Of a stretch of DNA of 64,000 nt, positions 1 through 9,205 are shown piece by piece (position 1 is the stretch's first letter; each line of letters opens with the position of its first letter). The notes beneath the pieces were generated by a model. It saw only the letters and a program-made list of their open reading frames with translations. It was not told the origin of the DNA and did not search any database. The stretch is from Pseudomonadota bacterium (GTDB lineage: Bacteria > Pseudomonadota > Gammaproteobacteria > UBA1113): NCBI GenBank assembly GCA_021778015.1, contig JAJYCX010000009.1, forward strand, positions 12,522-76,521, given 5' to 3'. Made by a program: the position numbers and the translations under genes.

Positions 1-82
1 AGCGGACGCCTTTAAGTATTTTGGATTTACCACGGATAATATTATCGCTCAAATTAATCTTTTATTGTCGGAGGAATTGTAA
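1..82 (+). CDS. tkt: transketolase, 3' end only (gene begins upstream of window)
   Basis: Frame 2 reads [30 protein letters not shown], which resembles the C-terminus of bacterial transketolases. The stop overlaps the gap start (TAATG). The order tkt-gap-pgk-pyk is common. Confidence 0.55.
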   Translation, partial: ADAFKYFGFTTDNIIAQINLLLSEEL

Positions 83-1089
83 TGACCCTACGTATAGCTA
101 TTAATGGCTTTGGTCGCATCGGTCGTAATTGTTTGCGCGCCATTTATGAAATGAAAAAAGAAAATGACATCATCGTGGTCGCTATCAACGATACCAGTCC
201 CATAGAAACCAACGCGCATTTGCTGCGCTATGATTCCACACACGGCCGTTTTGCCGCAGAAGTGCGTGTCGAAGGAGAACAGCTGGTAGTGAATGGCCAC
301 AAAATTATTTGCTTAGCCAATAGAAATGCCAGCGAATTGCCATGGAAAGAACTCAATATCGACATCGTTTACGAATGTACCGGCCATTTTACTGACCGTG
401 ATATGGCAGCACAACACCTAAGCGCTGGTGCGCGTAAAGTTTTAATTTCAGCACCAGCCAAAAATGCCGATGCGACTATTGTTTATGGTGTTAACCATCA
501 AGTTTTAAAGAAAACAGATGCTATCGTTTCTAACGCTTCTTGCACCACCAATTGCTTGGCACCCGTGGTTAAAGTTTTGCACGATAGCATAGGCATTGAA
601 CAAGGTTTGATGACCACCATTCACGCTATGACCAATGACCAATCTTTGTTGGATGCAGGCCATAAAGATTTACATCGCGCGCGTGCAGTAAGCGCCTCCA
701 TGATCCCGACTAAAACCGGTGCCGCCGCTGCCATTGGCTTAGTGTTACCTGAATTAAAGGGTTGTTTAGATGGCTTGGCCATACGCGTACCTATCATGAA
801 TGTATCTTTAGTCGATCTAACTTTCAATGCTAAACGTAACACAACCGTAGAAGAAATCAATAAGGTGATGAAAGAAGCTTCTGTTAAAGGAGCACTCAAA
901 GGTATTTTATGGTACAACGATGAACCTCTAGTTTCGATTGATTTTAACCATACTTCGGCTTCGTCTGTTTTTGATGCCACACAAACACGCGTTATCGGCA
1001 AACAAGCTAAAGTATTGGCTTGGTATGACAACGAATGGGGTTTTTGTTGCCGCATGTTGGATACTTCCATTGCCATGATGAATGCTTAA
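82..1089 (+). CDS. gap: glyceraldehyde-3-phosphate dehydrogenase
   Basis: 335 aa. NAD-binding N-terminus INGFGRIGR and catalytic SCTTNCLAP motif. Confidence 0.95.
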   Translation: MTLRIAINGFGRIGRNCLRAIYEMKKENDIIVVAINDTSPIETNAHLLRYDSTHGRFAAEVRVEGEQLVVNGHKIICLANRNASELPWKELNIDIVYECTGHFTDRDMAAQHLSAGARKVLISAPAKNADATIVYGVNHQVLKKTDAIVSNASCTTNCLAPVVKVLHDSIGIEQGLMTTIHAMTNDQSLLDAGHKDLHRARAVSASMIPTKTGAAAAIGLVLPELKGCLDGLAIRVPIMNVSLVDLTFNAKRNTTVEEINKVMKEASVKGALKGILWYNDEPLVSIDFNHTSASSVFDATQTRVIGKQAKVLAWYDNEWGFCCRMLDTSIAMMNA

Positions 1090-1102
1090 CAAGGAAATAA
1101 TC

Positions 1103-2260
1103 ATGTCTAAATTAAAGAGCCTAGAAAACTTAGAAATTAAAAATAAACGCGTCGTCATACGCGAAGATTTTAATGTGCCCATGAAAGATGGTCGTATAGT
1201 CAATGATGCACGCATCTTAGCGGCTTTACCGACGATTAAATATGCCCTGGATAAAGGTGCTGCGGTAATTTTAATTTCACATCTGGGCCGTCCTCAAGAA
1301 GGGGTTTATGATGAAGCCTATACGTTAGCCCCTATAGCTGAGCGCCTTAGTCATTATTTAAAACGCCACGTCACTTTAATTAAAGATTGGCACCATGGTT
1401 TTACGATCAGTCCTGGTCAAATTGCACTGTGCGAAAACATACGCTTTAGCTTAGGTGAAACGGCCAACGATGAAATTTTAAGTAAGCAATTGGCTGATCT
1501 AGGCGATGTATATGTAATGGATGCGTTTGCGTGTGCTCATCGTGCGCAAGCTTCTACTTATGGTGCTTTAACTAAGGCAAAAGCAGCTTGTGCAGGTCCT
1601 TTATTATGTGCCGAGGTTCAAGCATTGGATCGCGCCCTACTCACCATAGAAAGACCTTTTTTAGCCATTGTAGGTGGCGCTAAGGTTTCAACTAAATTAA
1701 CGGTATTAGAAACATTGTTGGCCAAAGTTGATCACCTAATCGTAGGCGGCGGTATAGCCAATACTTTTTTAGCAGCACTGGGTCATGCCGTGGGCAGCTC
1801 TTTGTATGAACCTGACTTAGTACCACTCGCGAAAAAATTATTATCCCCTAAGATTTTATTGCCCATCGATGTAGTCGTCGCTACAGAATTAGCGGCTACA
1901 GCCAAAGCGGTTATTAAAAATTTAGATGAAATAAAACCTGAAGATAAAATTTTAGATATAGGGCCTAAAACTATAGCCTTGTATCAATCCTATATTGCTA
2001 AGGCACGCACCATCGTTTGGAATGGCCCTGTGGGTGTATTTGAATATCCGGCATTTGCTGCAGGCACAAAAAGCATTGCAGAAAGCATCGCTGCTAGCTC
2101 TGCTTTTAGTTTAGCCGGTGGTGGCGAAACGCTATCTGCTATTGAAAATTATCATTTAAACGATAAAATAAGCTATATTTCTACCGGTGGCGGCGCTTTC
2201 TTGGAATACCTAGAAGGTAAGAGTTTGCCCGCGATTGAATTGTTGCAAGAGCGATCGTAA
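1103..2260 (+). CDS. pgk: phosphoglycerate kinase
   Basis: ORF-track start 1082 trimmed to ATG 1103, which has an AAGGA RBS upstream. 385 aa with a typical PGK N-terminus (RVVIREDFNVP) and C-terminal STGGGA. Confidence 0.93.
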   Translation: MSKLKSLENLEIKNKRVVIREDFNVPMKDGRIVNDARILAALPTIKYALDKGAAVILISHLGRPQEGVYDEAYTLAPIAERLSHYLKRHVTLIKDWHHGFTISPGQIALCENIRFSLGETANDEILSKQLADLGDVYVMDAFACAHRAQASTYGALTKAKAACAGPLLCAEVQALDRALLTIERPFLAIVGGAKVSTKLTVLETLLAKVDHLIVGGGIANTFLAALGHAVGSSLYEPDLVPLAKKLLSPKILLPIDVVVATELAATAKAVIKNLDEIKPEDKILDIGPKTIALYQSYIAKARTIVWNGPVGVFEYPAFAAGTKSIAESIAASSAFSLAGGGETLSAIENYHLNDKISYISTGGGAFLEYLEGKSLPAIELLQERS

Positions 2261-2318
2261 TATAGAAGATTGATGCGTTAGAACTATAAAGTTGCACCGT
2301 ACGTTGTAGTCTGCGGAG

Positions 2319-2492
2319 CTCGTCATTGCGAGCCAGTGAGCGCAGCGAACAGGCGCGGCAATCCATCATTCTAGTAATGAAAATGAACGACATGTGCAAT
2401 GAGACTCAATAAAGCACTGTGACGTGTATAAATCCAGTATTTTCCTGGATTGCCACGACCACTCGCTGGCGCTCGTGGTCTCGCAATGACGG
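2319..2492. repeat. family-A palindromic MITE/REP-like element (arms CGTCATTGCGAG...GGCAATCC / GGATTGCC...CTCGCAATGACG)
   Basis: ~47-bp inverted arms at 2319-2365 and 2446-2492, between pgk and pyk. The same arm sequences recur at 8 other loci in the window. Confidence 0.85.
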
Positions 2493-2530
2493 TACTGAGG
2501 GATTAAATAATTATACTACAAGGATAAATT

Positions 2531-3955
2531 ATGCGCAGAACTAAAATTATCGCTACTCTAGGCCCAGCCACTGATGATCTTACCGTATTAACGCGTTTGA
2601 TCGCCGCTGGCGTAGACGCGGTGCGCTTAAACTTCTCGCATGGTACTGCAGACGATCACAGCACTCGCGTTGCTCACATCCGCCGCATTGCTGCCGAACA
2701 AAAAAGAATAATCTCCATTATTGCCGATTTACAAGGACCAAAGATCCGCATAGGTGGTTTTAAAAAAGGATCTCTAGTCCTGAAAGACAATGATCTATTT
2801 ACCTTCGATGCATCACTCGCTGACGATGCAGGTACAGCGCATAGCGTAGGCCTGACTTATAAAGATTTACCCAAAGATGTCAAAGCGGATGATACTTTAT
2901 TAGTAGACGATGGCCGCTTGAGTTTCAAAGTATTAGACGTAAAGGGTGCTCAAATTCATTGTCACGTGATCAATGGCGGTACTATTTCCGATCACAAAGG
3001 CATTAACCGCTTAGGTGGTGGTTTGTCGGCCGAATCTTTTACTGCGAAAGATAAAGAAGATATGCGTATTGCTTTGAGTTTGGACGTAGATTATATTGCC
3101 ATTTCATTTCCACGTTCGGCCGAGGATATTCTTGCGGCTAGAAAACATATTGCTGCTATGAAAGGACATGCTGCCGTTATTGCCAAAATAGAACGCCGCG
3201 AGGCTTTAGATCATATAGACGGCATTATCGAAGCCAGCGACGCCATTATGGTAGCACGCGGCGATTTGGGTGTAGAAATAGGCGATGCCGCCCTACCCGC
3301 TATACAAAAACAATTAATCAGTCAGGCGCGCGCTAAAAACAAAGTTGTTATCACCGCCACTCAAATGATGGAATCGATGATCCATAGCCCCATTCCTACA
3401 CGCGCTGAAGTCATGGATGTGGCCAATGCCGTGTTGGATGGCACCGATGCCGTGATGTTATCGGCTGAAACCTCTAATGGCGATGACCCCGTACGTGTAG
3501 TCGAAGCCATGTCTAGAATTTGTTTGGGCGCAGAGCAACACCCTAGAACCCAGGTATCGCATCATCGTTTAGATAAGAAATTTTCGCATACCGATGAAGC
3601 CATCGCCATGGCGGCAATGTACACTGCAAATCATTTATCGCCTAAAGCCATAGTCTGTTTAACCGAAAGCGGCGCTACTACGCTGTGGATGTCGCGCATA
3701 CGCTCTGGGATTGTTATTTTAGGATTATCTCCGCATATGAAAAGCTTACGTAAAATGGCTTTGTATCGTGGTGTCGTGCCTATACATTTTAGTATGGTGC
3801 ATGAAGATCTGGATCATATAGAACGTCATGCTTTACACTATTTACTACAACATGATTTTTTAAAGACTGGTGATACCGTTATACTCACTAAAGGACAGCG
3901 CATAGGCGTGTTGGGTGGAACGAATACCATGCAGATTTTAGTGGTGCCTAATTGA
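2531..3955 (+). CDS. pyk: pyruvate kinase
   Basis: 474 aa. N-terminus RRTKIIATLGPA and MVARGDLGVE motif. Confidence 0.95.
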   Translation: MRRTKIIATLGPATDDLTVLTRLIAAGVDAVRLNFSHGTADDHSTRVAHIRRIAAEQKRIISIIADLQGPKIRIGGFKKGSLVLKDNDLFTFDASLADDAGTAHSVGLTYKDLPKDVKADDTLLVDDGRLSFKVLDVKGAQIHCHVINGGTISDHKGINRLGGGLSAESFTAKDKEDMRIALSLDVDYIAISFPRSAEDILAARKHIAAMKGHAAVIAKIERREALDHIDGIIEASDAIMVARGDLGVEIGDAALPAIQKQLISQARAKNKVVITATQMMESMIHSPIPTRAEVMDVANAVLDGTDAVMLSAETSNGDDPVRVVEAMSRICLGAEQHPRTQVSHHRLDKKFSHTDEAIAMAAMYTANHLSPKAIVCLTESGATTLWMSRIRSGIVILGLSPHMKSLRKMALYRGVVPIHFSMVHEDLDHIERHALHYLLQHDFLKTGDTVILTKGQRIGVLGGTNTMQILVVPN

Positions 3956-3998
3956 AGATACAAAAGCAATGCTGGGAGCAGTTATAAATTAGAGCGTC

Positions 3999-4032
3999 GT
4001 CATCCTCGACCTTTGGTCTAGGATAACAAAGC
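3999..4032. repeat. fragment of family-B element (GTCATCCTCGAC...GGATAAC)
   Basis: GTCATCCTCGACCTTTGGTCTAGGATAACAAAGC matches the core arms of the family-B repeats. It sits between the convergent genes pyk and ubiA. Confidence 0.6.
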
Positions 4033-4077
4033 TTTGACTCACGTTTAATGAGTTAAATCAAAGCTCACATTTTCATT

Positions 4078-4929
4078 TCAATAAAGCCCAAACCATATTC
4101 CCAAAAACAGCACTAACCCCAACCACTGATTATTCAGAAAAGCTTGAAAACAACGTTTGGGCTCGCAACGATAGGCTAATATCTGTTGATACACAAAAAA
4201 ACCGCCGCACACAATCCAGGCTAGAAAATAAAGCCACTGCAATTGCGCCAAGATCCCTACATAAAACCACGCCCCTAAACTAAACAACTGAAAGACTGCC
4301 ACCCACAACCTATCGTAACGGCCAAATAAAATAGCGCTAGAACGTATACCGATTTTAACATCATCGTCTCGATCGACCATGGCATACCAAGTATCGTAGG
4401 CAATGGTCCACGCCACCGCACCTAAATACAACCACAAGGTTATTGCACTGACTTTATTCGCTTGTGCCGCAAAAGCCATAGGTATAGCCAAATACCAGCC
4501 CAAACCTAATATGGCTTGCGGCATGGGGAAAAAGCGTTTGGTGAGTGGATAAATCAAAGTTAGAGTTAGAGCCAAGCAAGCCCATAAAAATGCGGCTAAA
4601 TTCAAACATAATACTAGGATTAAACCTATGGTACATAGAATTGCTAATAATACCCATGCCTCAACCGGCGTAACACTGCCCGTCACTAAAGGCCTATCGC
4701 GCGTTCTCTTCACCAAACCATCAAGGTCTCTGTCAGCTAAATCATTGACCACACAGCCAGCACTGCGCATTACAATGACGCCTAAGGTAAAAATAAACCA
4801 ATTTTTGAGAGTAGGCAGACCCATAGCCGCTAGCCACAAAGCCCACCAAGTCGGCCACAGCAGCAGTAAAATTCCCACCGGTTTATGTAAACGCATCAAT
4901 TGGGCATAAGCAATCAGTTTTTGTTTCAT
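4078..4929 (-). CDS. ubiA: 4-hydroxybenzoate polyprenyltransferase
   Basis: 283-aa polytopic protein with the UbiA prenyltransferase motif NDLADRDLD. Confidence 0.9.
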   Translation of the reverse strand: MKQKLIAYAQLMRLHKPVGILLLLWPTWWALWLAAMGLPTLKNWFIFTLGVIVMRSAGCVVNDLADRDLDGLVKRTRDRPLVTGSVTPVEAWVLLAILCTIGLILVLCLNLAAFLWACLALTLTLIYPLTKRFFPMPQAILGLGWYLAIPMAFAAQANKVSAITLWLYLGAVAWTIAYDTWYAMVDRDDDVKIGIRSSAILFGRYDRLWVAVFQLFSLGAWFYVGILAQLQWLYFLAWIVCGGFFVYQQILAYRCEPKRCFQAFLNNQWLGLVLFLGIWFGLY

Positions 4930-4959
4930 AAATTGGCGCTCAAAAACGTGTGCATCATA

Positions 4960-5544
4960 TTAACTCCTAGTCATCTGTTTTGAGTAAAATGGTTCATATG
5001 GGGGCTGCCAGCTTTGCTCGTCGAAGAAAGAAAAAGGGATTGACTGCTTAGGGGCAGTATATGAATTAGCTGGAGCAAAGTATGACGGTGTGTAATTAGT
5101 AAAATTATTTGGATATGTGCCGTCGATTCTACACCTTTTCGGTGGCGGTGGATCGCTTATTATTATGCGTCTTTCCTCATCATTGACTCTAACAGCAATA
5201 GCATAAGCCAATACATCTAATCCGTAAGAAGTTTCACTTTCTGCGGGAACATTGCCTACAAGTACAACAGTTGTGACCCAAGCCGGTAAGGCTCCTACAC
5301 TTTTTGCAGGAACGTTGCCATTAAGTCTAACAGTAGTGACCCAAGTCGGTAAGGCTCCTACACTTTCTGCGGGAACATCACCTACAAGTTCAACAATCAG
5401 GACCGATTTCTTTAAGGCTTTTACGCATGCCGCAGAGACCTTGCCTACAAGTCTAGCGGCAGTGACCCAAAACGGTACGGCTTTTACGCATACTTCGGTA
5501 TCAGTGTTGAAAATTGTAACTATTCCAACTGGAGATATTACCAT
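4960..5544 (-). CDS. leucine-rich-repeat (21-aa period) protein with Pro-rich C-terminal tail; candidate host-interaction protein
   Basis: ATG is preceded by a GAGGT RBS. Repeats such as NVPAKSVGALPAWVTTVVLVG fit LxxLxLxxN with an LP dipeptide. The C-terminal part carries PPPPKR and is Y/P/F-rich. Confidence 0.6.
   Translation of the reverse strand: MVISPVGIVTIFNTDTEVCVKAVPFWVTAARLVGKVSAACVKALKKSVLIVELVGDVPAESVGALPTWVTTVRLNGNVPAKSVGALPAWVTTVVLVGNVPAESETSYGLDVLAYAIAVRVNDEERRIIISDPPPPKRCRIDGTYPNNFTNYTPSYFAPANSYTAPKQSIPFSFFDEQSWQPPYEPFYSKQMTRS
5237..5488. repeat. four tandem 63-bp repeats encoding the 21-aa LRR units
   Basis: Units start at 5237, 5300, 5363 and 5426. The first two are nearly identical and the last two are more diverged. 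Confidence 0.85.
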
Positions 5545-5802
5545 TTTTTACCTCTAATTTTTATTCTGTCGCAAAAACTTCTCTATACACAACAATCCTT
5601 TAAATATCTTGTCATTCACTGATAAAAAGTTATGAATCAGACCAGCCAATTATACGATATTATAAACGAAAATTCGTATTGGAACAAGACAGAATTCAGT
5701 CCATGTCCACTGTGTCACTAGGCGGCCTTGACAGCCAATCATACCATTGGCAAAATGATATTAAGTTCGTTATTTCTCAAAGAAAATCCATCAGGAAACT
5801 TT

Positions 5803-6489
5803 ATGCAAAAAGATGCAGATACATCATTTAATAGCTTAAACCTGCTATCCATGCTGTCAGTTACAACGCTTATTTTTTCAATGTTATTTTCTTATAGAGT
5901 AATAGAGATAGGTCCGTTTATATGCCCCGGTGGTATATTTGCATTTCCATTTATTTATTTTTTTGCTGACATTATAGCTGAAGTACATGGCTATAGAGCC
6001 GCAAAAAAAATGATTTTTAATAATGTTGTTTGTATTACATTGTTTAACCTTATCGCATATCTTTCATTGAAAGCGCCTGTAAAACCCGGCATTCCGAATT
6101 TGTCCACATTCAACTATGTCTTTGGGCATGGCCTCTCGATTACAGTAGCGTACTCGCTTGCTTTTTACACGAGTGATTACGCGAATGTCTTCATCCTAAC
6201 CTGGTGTAAAAAATTTTTAAAGGGGGATTCTTTTTGGATCAGAAGTATCATATCCTCTGCGATCGGCGAACTTTCTTTCTCATTGGTGGCATCATTGATT
6301 ATTTATGCGGGAACACTGACCTTTCATGACATAGTGCAACAAATAACATCTACTTTTGCCATTAAAATAATCATAACCATACTACTCGCTAAACCCGCAG
6401 CGCTTATTGTCAGAATGATCGCAAAGAGGGAATATTCTCCGGTGATTTCTGATGGTTTGCCAGAATATCGCAATAATATGCTAAACTAA
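5803..6489 (+). CDS. yhhQ: queuosine-precursor transporter (YhhQ / VUT, DUF165 family)
   Basis: The ORF track starts at a TTG (5728); trimmed to ATG 5803, which has an AGGA RBS. Polytopic, with the signature FPFIYFFADIIAEVHGYRAAKK typical of the family. Confidence 0.6.
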   Translation: MQKDADTSFNSLNLLSMLSVTTLIFSMLFSYRVIEIGPFICPGGIFAFPFIYFFADIIAEVHGYRAAKKMIFNNVVCITLFNLIAYLSLKAPVKPGIPNLSTFNYVFGHGLSITVAYSLAFYTSDYANVFILTWCKKFLKGDSFWIRSIISSAIGELSFSLVASLIIYAGTLTFHDIVQQITSTFAIKIIITILLAKPAALIVRMIAKREYSPVISDGLPEYRNNMLN

Positions 6490-6518
6490 GTTTATATTTT
6501 CTTTAACGGAGATAACCG

Positions 6519-6941
6519 ATGACTATGCAAGACGAGAACCAAATAAAAATTACCGCACACGTAAAAATGATTGCTAAAACAGGAAAAGTGGAAGAACTAA
6601 TCGATGCTTATGAAGCAGTCTACGCAGAATCCCGTGCAGAGCCGGGCTGCGAGTATTGTGAATTGCTACAAAACATTGATAACCCACAGCGGATTACTCT
6701 AGTTGAGAAGTTTTCAAACTACCGTGCTTTTAAAGCACATATGCAAATGCCCGCATTGCGAAATTTTATTGATAACCTTGCTGAAACACTGACAAATACA
6801 GTCGATGTAAGTTTTCATATCACTAGAATTGATTGCAATGGTAGCCGCAGCATTCCCCATGTTGAAGAACCTCCGGTTGAGGAATTATCTTTTAGACCAG
6901 ACTTGATGGATCGACTGGATAAGCGTAGAGAGGTCAAGTAA
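6519..6941 (+). CDS. ABM-domain (quinol/antibiotic-biosynthesis monooxygenase-like) protein
   Basis: The N-terminal ~95 aa have the ferredoxin-like ABM pattern (IAKTGKVEELIDAYEAV...EPGCEYCELLQN...LVEKFSNYRAFKAH). An extra ~40-aa tail follows. Confidence 0.5.
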   Translation: MTMQDENQIKITAHVKMIAKTGKVEELIDAYEAVYAESRAEPGCEYCELLQNIDNPQRITLVEKFSNYRAFKAHMQMPALRNFIDNLAETLTNTVDVSFHITRIDCNGSRSIPHVEEPPVEELSFRPDLMDRLDKRREVK

Positions 6942-7092
6942 CCAGCCTCGGCCAGCATTGAGCTCAAACGACACAACCGCGGATATCATCGAGCTGAGAA
7001 AGTATAGATGGATATGAATACACTATCATTTAAACCATAAACCTGTTATAAGACCAATCAATGCGTTTTCAATTGTTTCAAGAAGGTTTAGC

Positions 7093-7674
7093 ATGTCCAT
7101 AACAGAAATTATTGCCGTCATATTCAGCTTGTTCTCGGTCTATTTTTGTGTGAAAAACAATAAGTTATGCTGGCCTATGAGCATTATCGGTGTAAGTGCT
7201 TATGCTGTTTTATTTCTCACTCAGTCGTCCTATGCTAATTTTACTCTACAATTTGTGTTTTTAGCACAAAGCCTCTATGGCTGGTATTTCTGGAACAAAA
7301 AAGAAAATACTCGAAAAATAACGCATATTGAACTTAAACAAGCTATTTTGTTATTGCTGTTGTCTATTGTGATAGAAATCATGACCTTTTGGATCATAAC
7401 TCATTTTACCAAAACGCCCGAAACCAATGTCATCATGGATTCTGCCAGCGCTACACTGAGTATCGTTGCTTTATATCTCATGGGCAGAAAAGTAATAGAA
7501 CATTGGGTATTATGGGTCATTGCTGATGTTATATTTATAGTTTATTTTATACATCTAGGGCTGTATCTTTCCAGTGTACTCTATGCAATCTTTTTTGTGC
7601 TGTCTATCAATGGCTACAGGAGTTGGCGCAGAATTAACGCCGCCTTACCCAATAAAACAGCAACGCTATTGTAA
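7093..7674 (+). CDS. pnuC: nicotinamide riboside transporter PnuC family
   Basis: 193-aa polytopic protein. Motifs NNKLCWPMSIIG and the W-rich YGWYFW are typical of PnuC. Confidence 0.7.
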   Translation: MSITEIIAVIFSLFSVYFCVKNNKLCWPMSIIGVSAYAVLFLTQSSYANFTLQFVFLAQSLYGWYFWNKKENTRKITHIELKQAILLLLLSIVIEIMTFWIITHFTKTPETNVIMDSASATLSIVALYLMGRKVIEHWVLWVIADVIFIVYFIHLGLYLSSVLYAIFFVLSINGYRSWRRINAALPNKTATLL

Positions 7675-8821
7675 TCATCATTACCACAAATAAGCCGCTC
7701 ATCGTCGCTGCCAGAGAATATATCATCAGTCCCATCAAGGAAAGTACTATAATAGCCACCAATAAATCAATGCTGGTTATCAAAGACGAGGCAATGGCTG
7801 TATCGCTAGATTGTTCCGTGGCTAACGCAAGTGCATTGCAAAAAATAGCCGGTAAACCTAAAAATAATAACGTCGTCCATAAAAATAGAGACACTACGCT
7901 CAAGTGGCCGCTTAACGTAGTCAAAAATAAAAGTATTGCACTACTCAATGATACTATAATACCTGCAATGATTATCTTTCTAAGGCTAAACCAGGTTACC
8001 AATTTTGCCGATAGAATATTACCTACGGCCAAGCCTGTAAACACACATAAACTGTAAGTGCCAAAAGCATCCGCAGAAAGATTGAAAAGCTTTGCCCCCA
8101 CAATAGGTGCTATAGCTGAAAAGGTAAAAATAATACCCGTCGTAATACCCCAAATAATAGAATATATCCATAACTTACCACTACGAGCCACCTGATAATA
8201 GTCGCACAACATTTTTTTAAGACTGACTGCTTCAGTATGCATTGGTTTTGTTTCGGGTAAACGCGATACTAGAAAAGCCACCAACACGCAATAGATCATG
8301 TAGAAGTAAAAACAACTGGGCCAATTCCAATACGACACCAATAGACCACCTACATAAATCGCCAATCCGGGCATAATAGCAAAGGCAAGCGTGCTATAGG
8401 CAATCACTCTGCCACGCTCTTGCCTGTCTGTAAATACATCGCTGATCAGGGTAAAGGCTATGGTTAAACCCGCACTCGCACCCAATGCTGACAGGAATCT
8501 AGCTACTAGAAAAACAGTGAAACCGCCTATAAAAGGTGCGAGTGCGCACAATAAGGAGCTAATGAAAGCAACGCTGATACCCGCATATAACGTATTTTTG
8601 CGGCCATAACGATTGGCCAAAGGAGCATAGATCAAGGGACCTATAGTGTAACCCAGCAAAAACAGAGAAACCGTGAGTTGTGTGCTAGCCGTGCTGATTT
8701 GAAATTGGCTTTGTAATTGTGGTAGTCCTGGGGTAAATAATACCGACGCTACGGAGGCAAAAGACACCAATATGATTAAGGTATAGAGTGGAATCGATTT
8801 TTGCATTTGTCTTTGTTCCAT
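7634..8821 (-). CDS. MFS transporter (Bcr/CflA-type efflux subfamily)
   Basis: 395 aa with about 12 predicted TM segments and the MFS loop motif PLANRYGRK. Its 3' end overlaps the pnuC 3' end by 41 nt (convergent). Confidence 0.7.
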   Translation of the reverse strand: MEQRQMQKSIPLYTLIILVSFASVASVLFTPGLPQLQSQFQISTASTQLTVSLFLLGYTIGPLIYAPLANRYGRKNTLYAGISVAFISSLLCALAPFIGGFTVFLVARFLSALGASAGLTIAFTLISDVFTDRQERGRVIAYSTLAFAIMPGLAIYVGGLLVSYWNWPSCFYFYMIYCVLVAFLVSRLPETKPMHTEAVSLKKMLCDYYQVARSGKLWIYSIIWGITTGIIFTFSAIAPIVGAKLFNLSADAFGTYSLCVFTGLAVGNILSAKLVTWFSLRKIIIAGIIVSLSSAILLFLTTLSGHLSVVSLFLWTTLLFLGLPAIFCNALALATEQSSDTAIASSLITSIDLLVAIIVLSLMGLMIYSLAATMSGLFVVMMITIALLFYWVRRR

Positions 8822-8857
8822 TATAAACTACCCTCTTTAAAATAAAATCGATGTCTT

Positions 8858-9205
8858 ATGCATGAACTCACACTGTGTTTTAACCTTATCCGCATATTGG
8901 AGCAAACCGCCAATAGTGCCTCGCCACCTATTACCCGCATTAAAACTGTATGGCTGGAGATAGGTGAATTGGCAGGCATAGACTTAGATGCCATCCGTTT
9001 TAGCTTCCCCATTGCCGCTACCCACAGCTTGGCCAAGGATGCCACACTCAAGATTAAGACTCAAGCCGGACAGGCGCTCTGCCATAACTGCGATAAAAAT
9101 GTTACACTAAGCTCTCTATTAGCGCCCTGTTCTATTTGTGGCCAGTATAATTATACTATCACGCAGGGTAAAGTCTTCCGGGTTATCAGAATGGAGACAA
9201 TATAA
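8858..9205 (+). CDS. hypA: hydrogenase nickel-incorporation protein HypA
   Basis: MHELTLC N-terminus and a CxxC...CxxC zinc site (CHNC, CSIC). Confidence 0.9.
   Translation: MHELTLCFNLIRILEQTANSASPPITRIKTVWLEIGELAGIDLDAIRFSFPIAATHSLAKDATLKIKTQAGQALCHNCDKNVTLSSLLAPCSICGQYNYTITQGKVFRVIRMETI

Noticed and set aside
88-1215. Three antisense ORFs (88-300, 621-1076, 928-1215) inside gap/pgk.
   Set aside because: They lie entirely opposite well-supported glycolytic genes, and their composition is typical of antisense frames. The same applies to other track ORFs opposite ubiA, hypF, hypD, hydB, kup, cydA, glyA, ettA and the pilin/platform genes.
5252-5557. Plus-strand 101-aa repeat ORF opposite the LRR gene. 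Its TLPxSLxxVTQxGxAF pattern superficially resembles BspA-type LRRs.
   Set aside because: It has a TTG start without an RBS and is shorter. The minus-strand ORF has ATG plus a GAGGT RBS and extends well beyond the repeats. Any repeat DNA gives periodic peptides in several frames.
5560-5802. Possible preQ1 riboswitch upstream of the YhhQ-family transporter.
   Set aside because: I could not find the small P1 hairpin plus A-rich tail (…CCC…UAAAAAACUA-like) signature. Only a TTGACA promoter-like hexamer and a short palindrome (GCCAAT-N6-ATTGGC) are visible.
6942-7092. TPP-riboswitch-like GCUGAGA and AACCUG strings upstream of pnuC.
   Set aside because: The partner strands for P2/P4 and the conserved GGGG / ACCC / GCG.AGGGA elements are absent. 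The two short matches are most likely chance.
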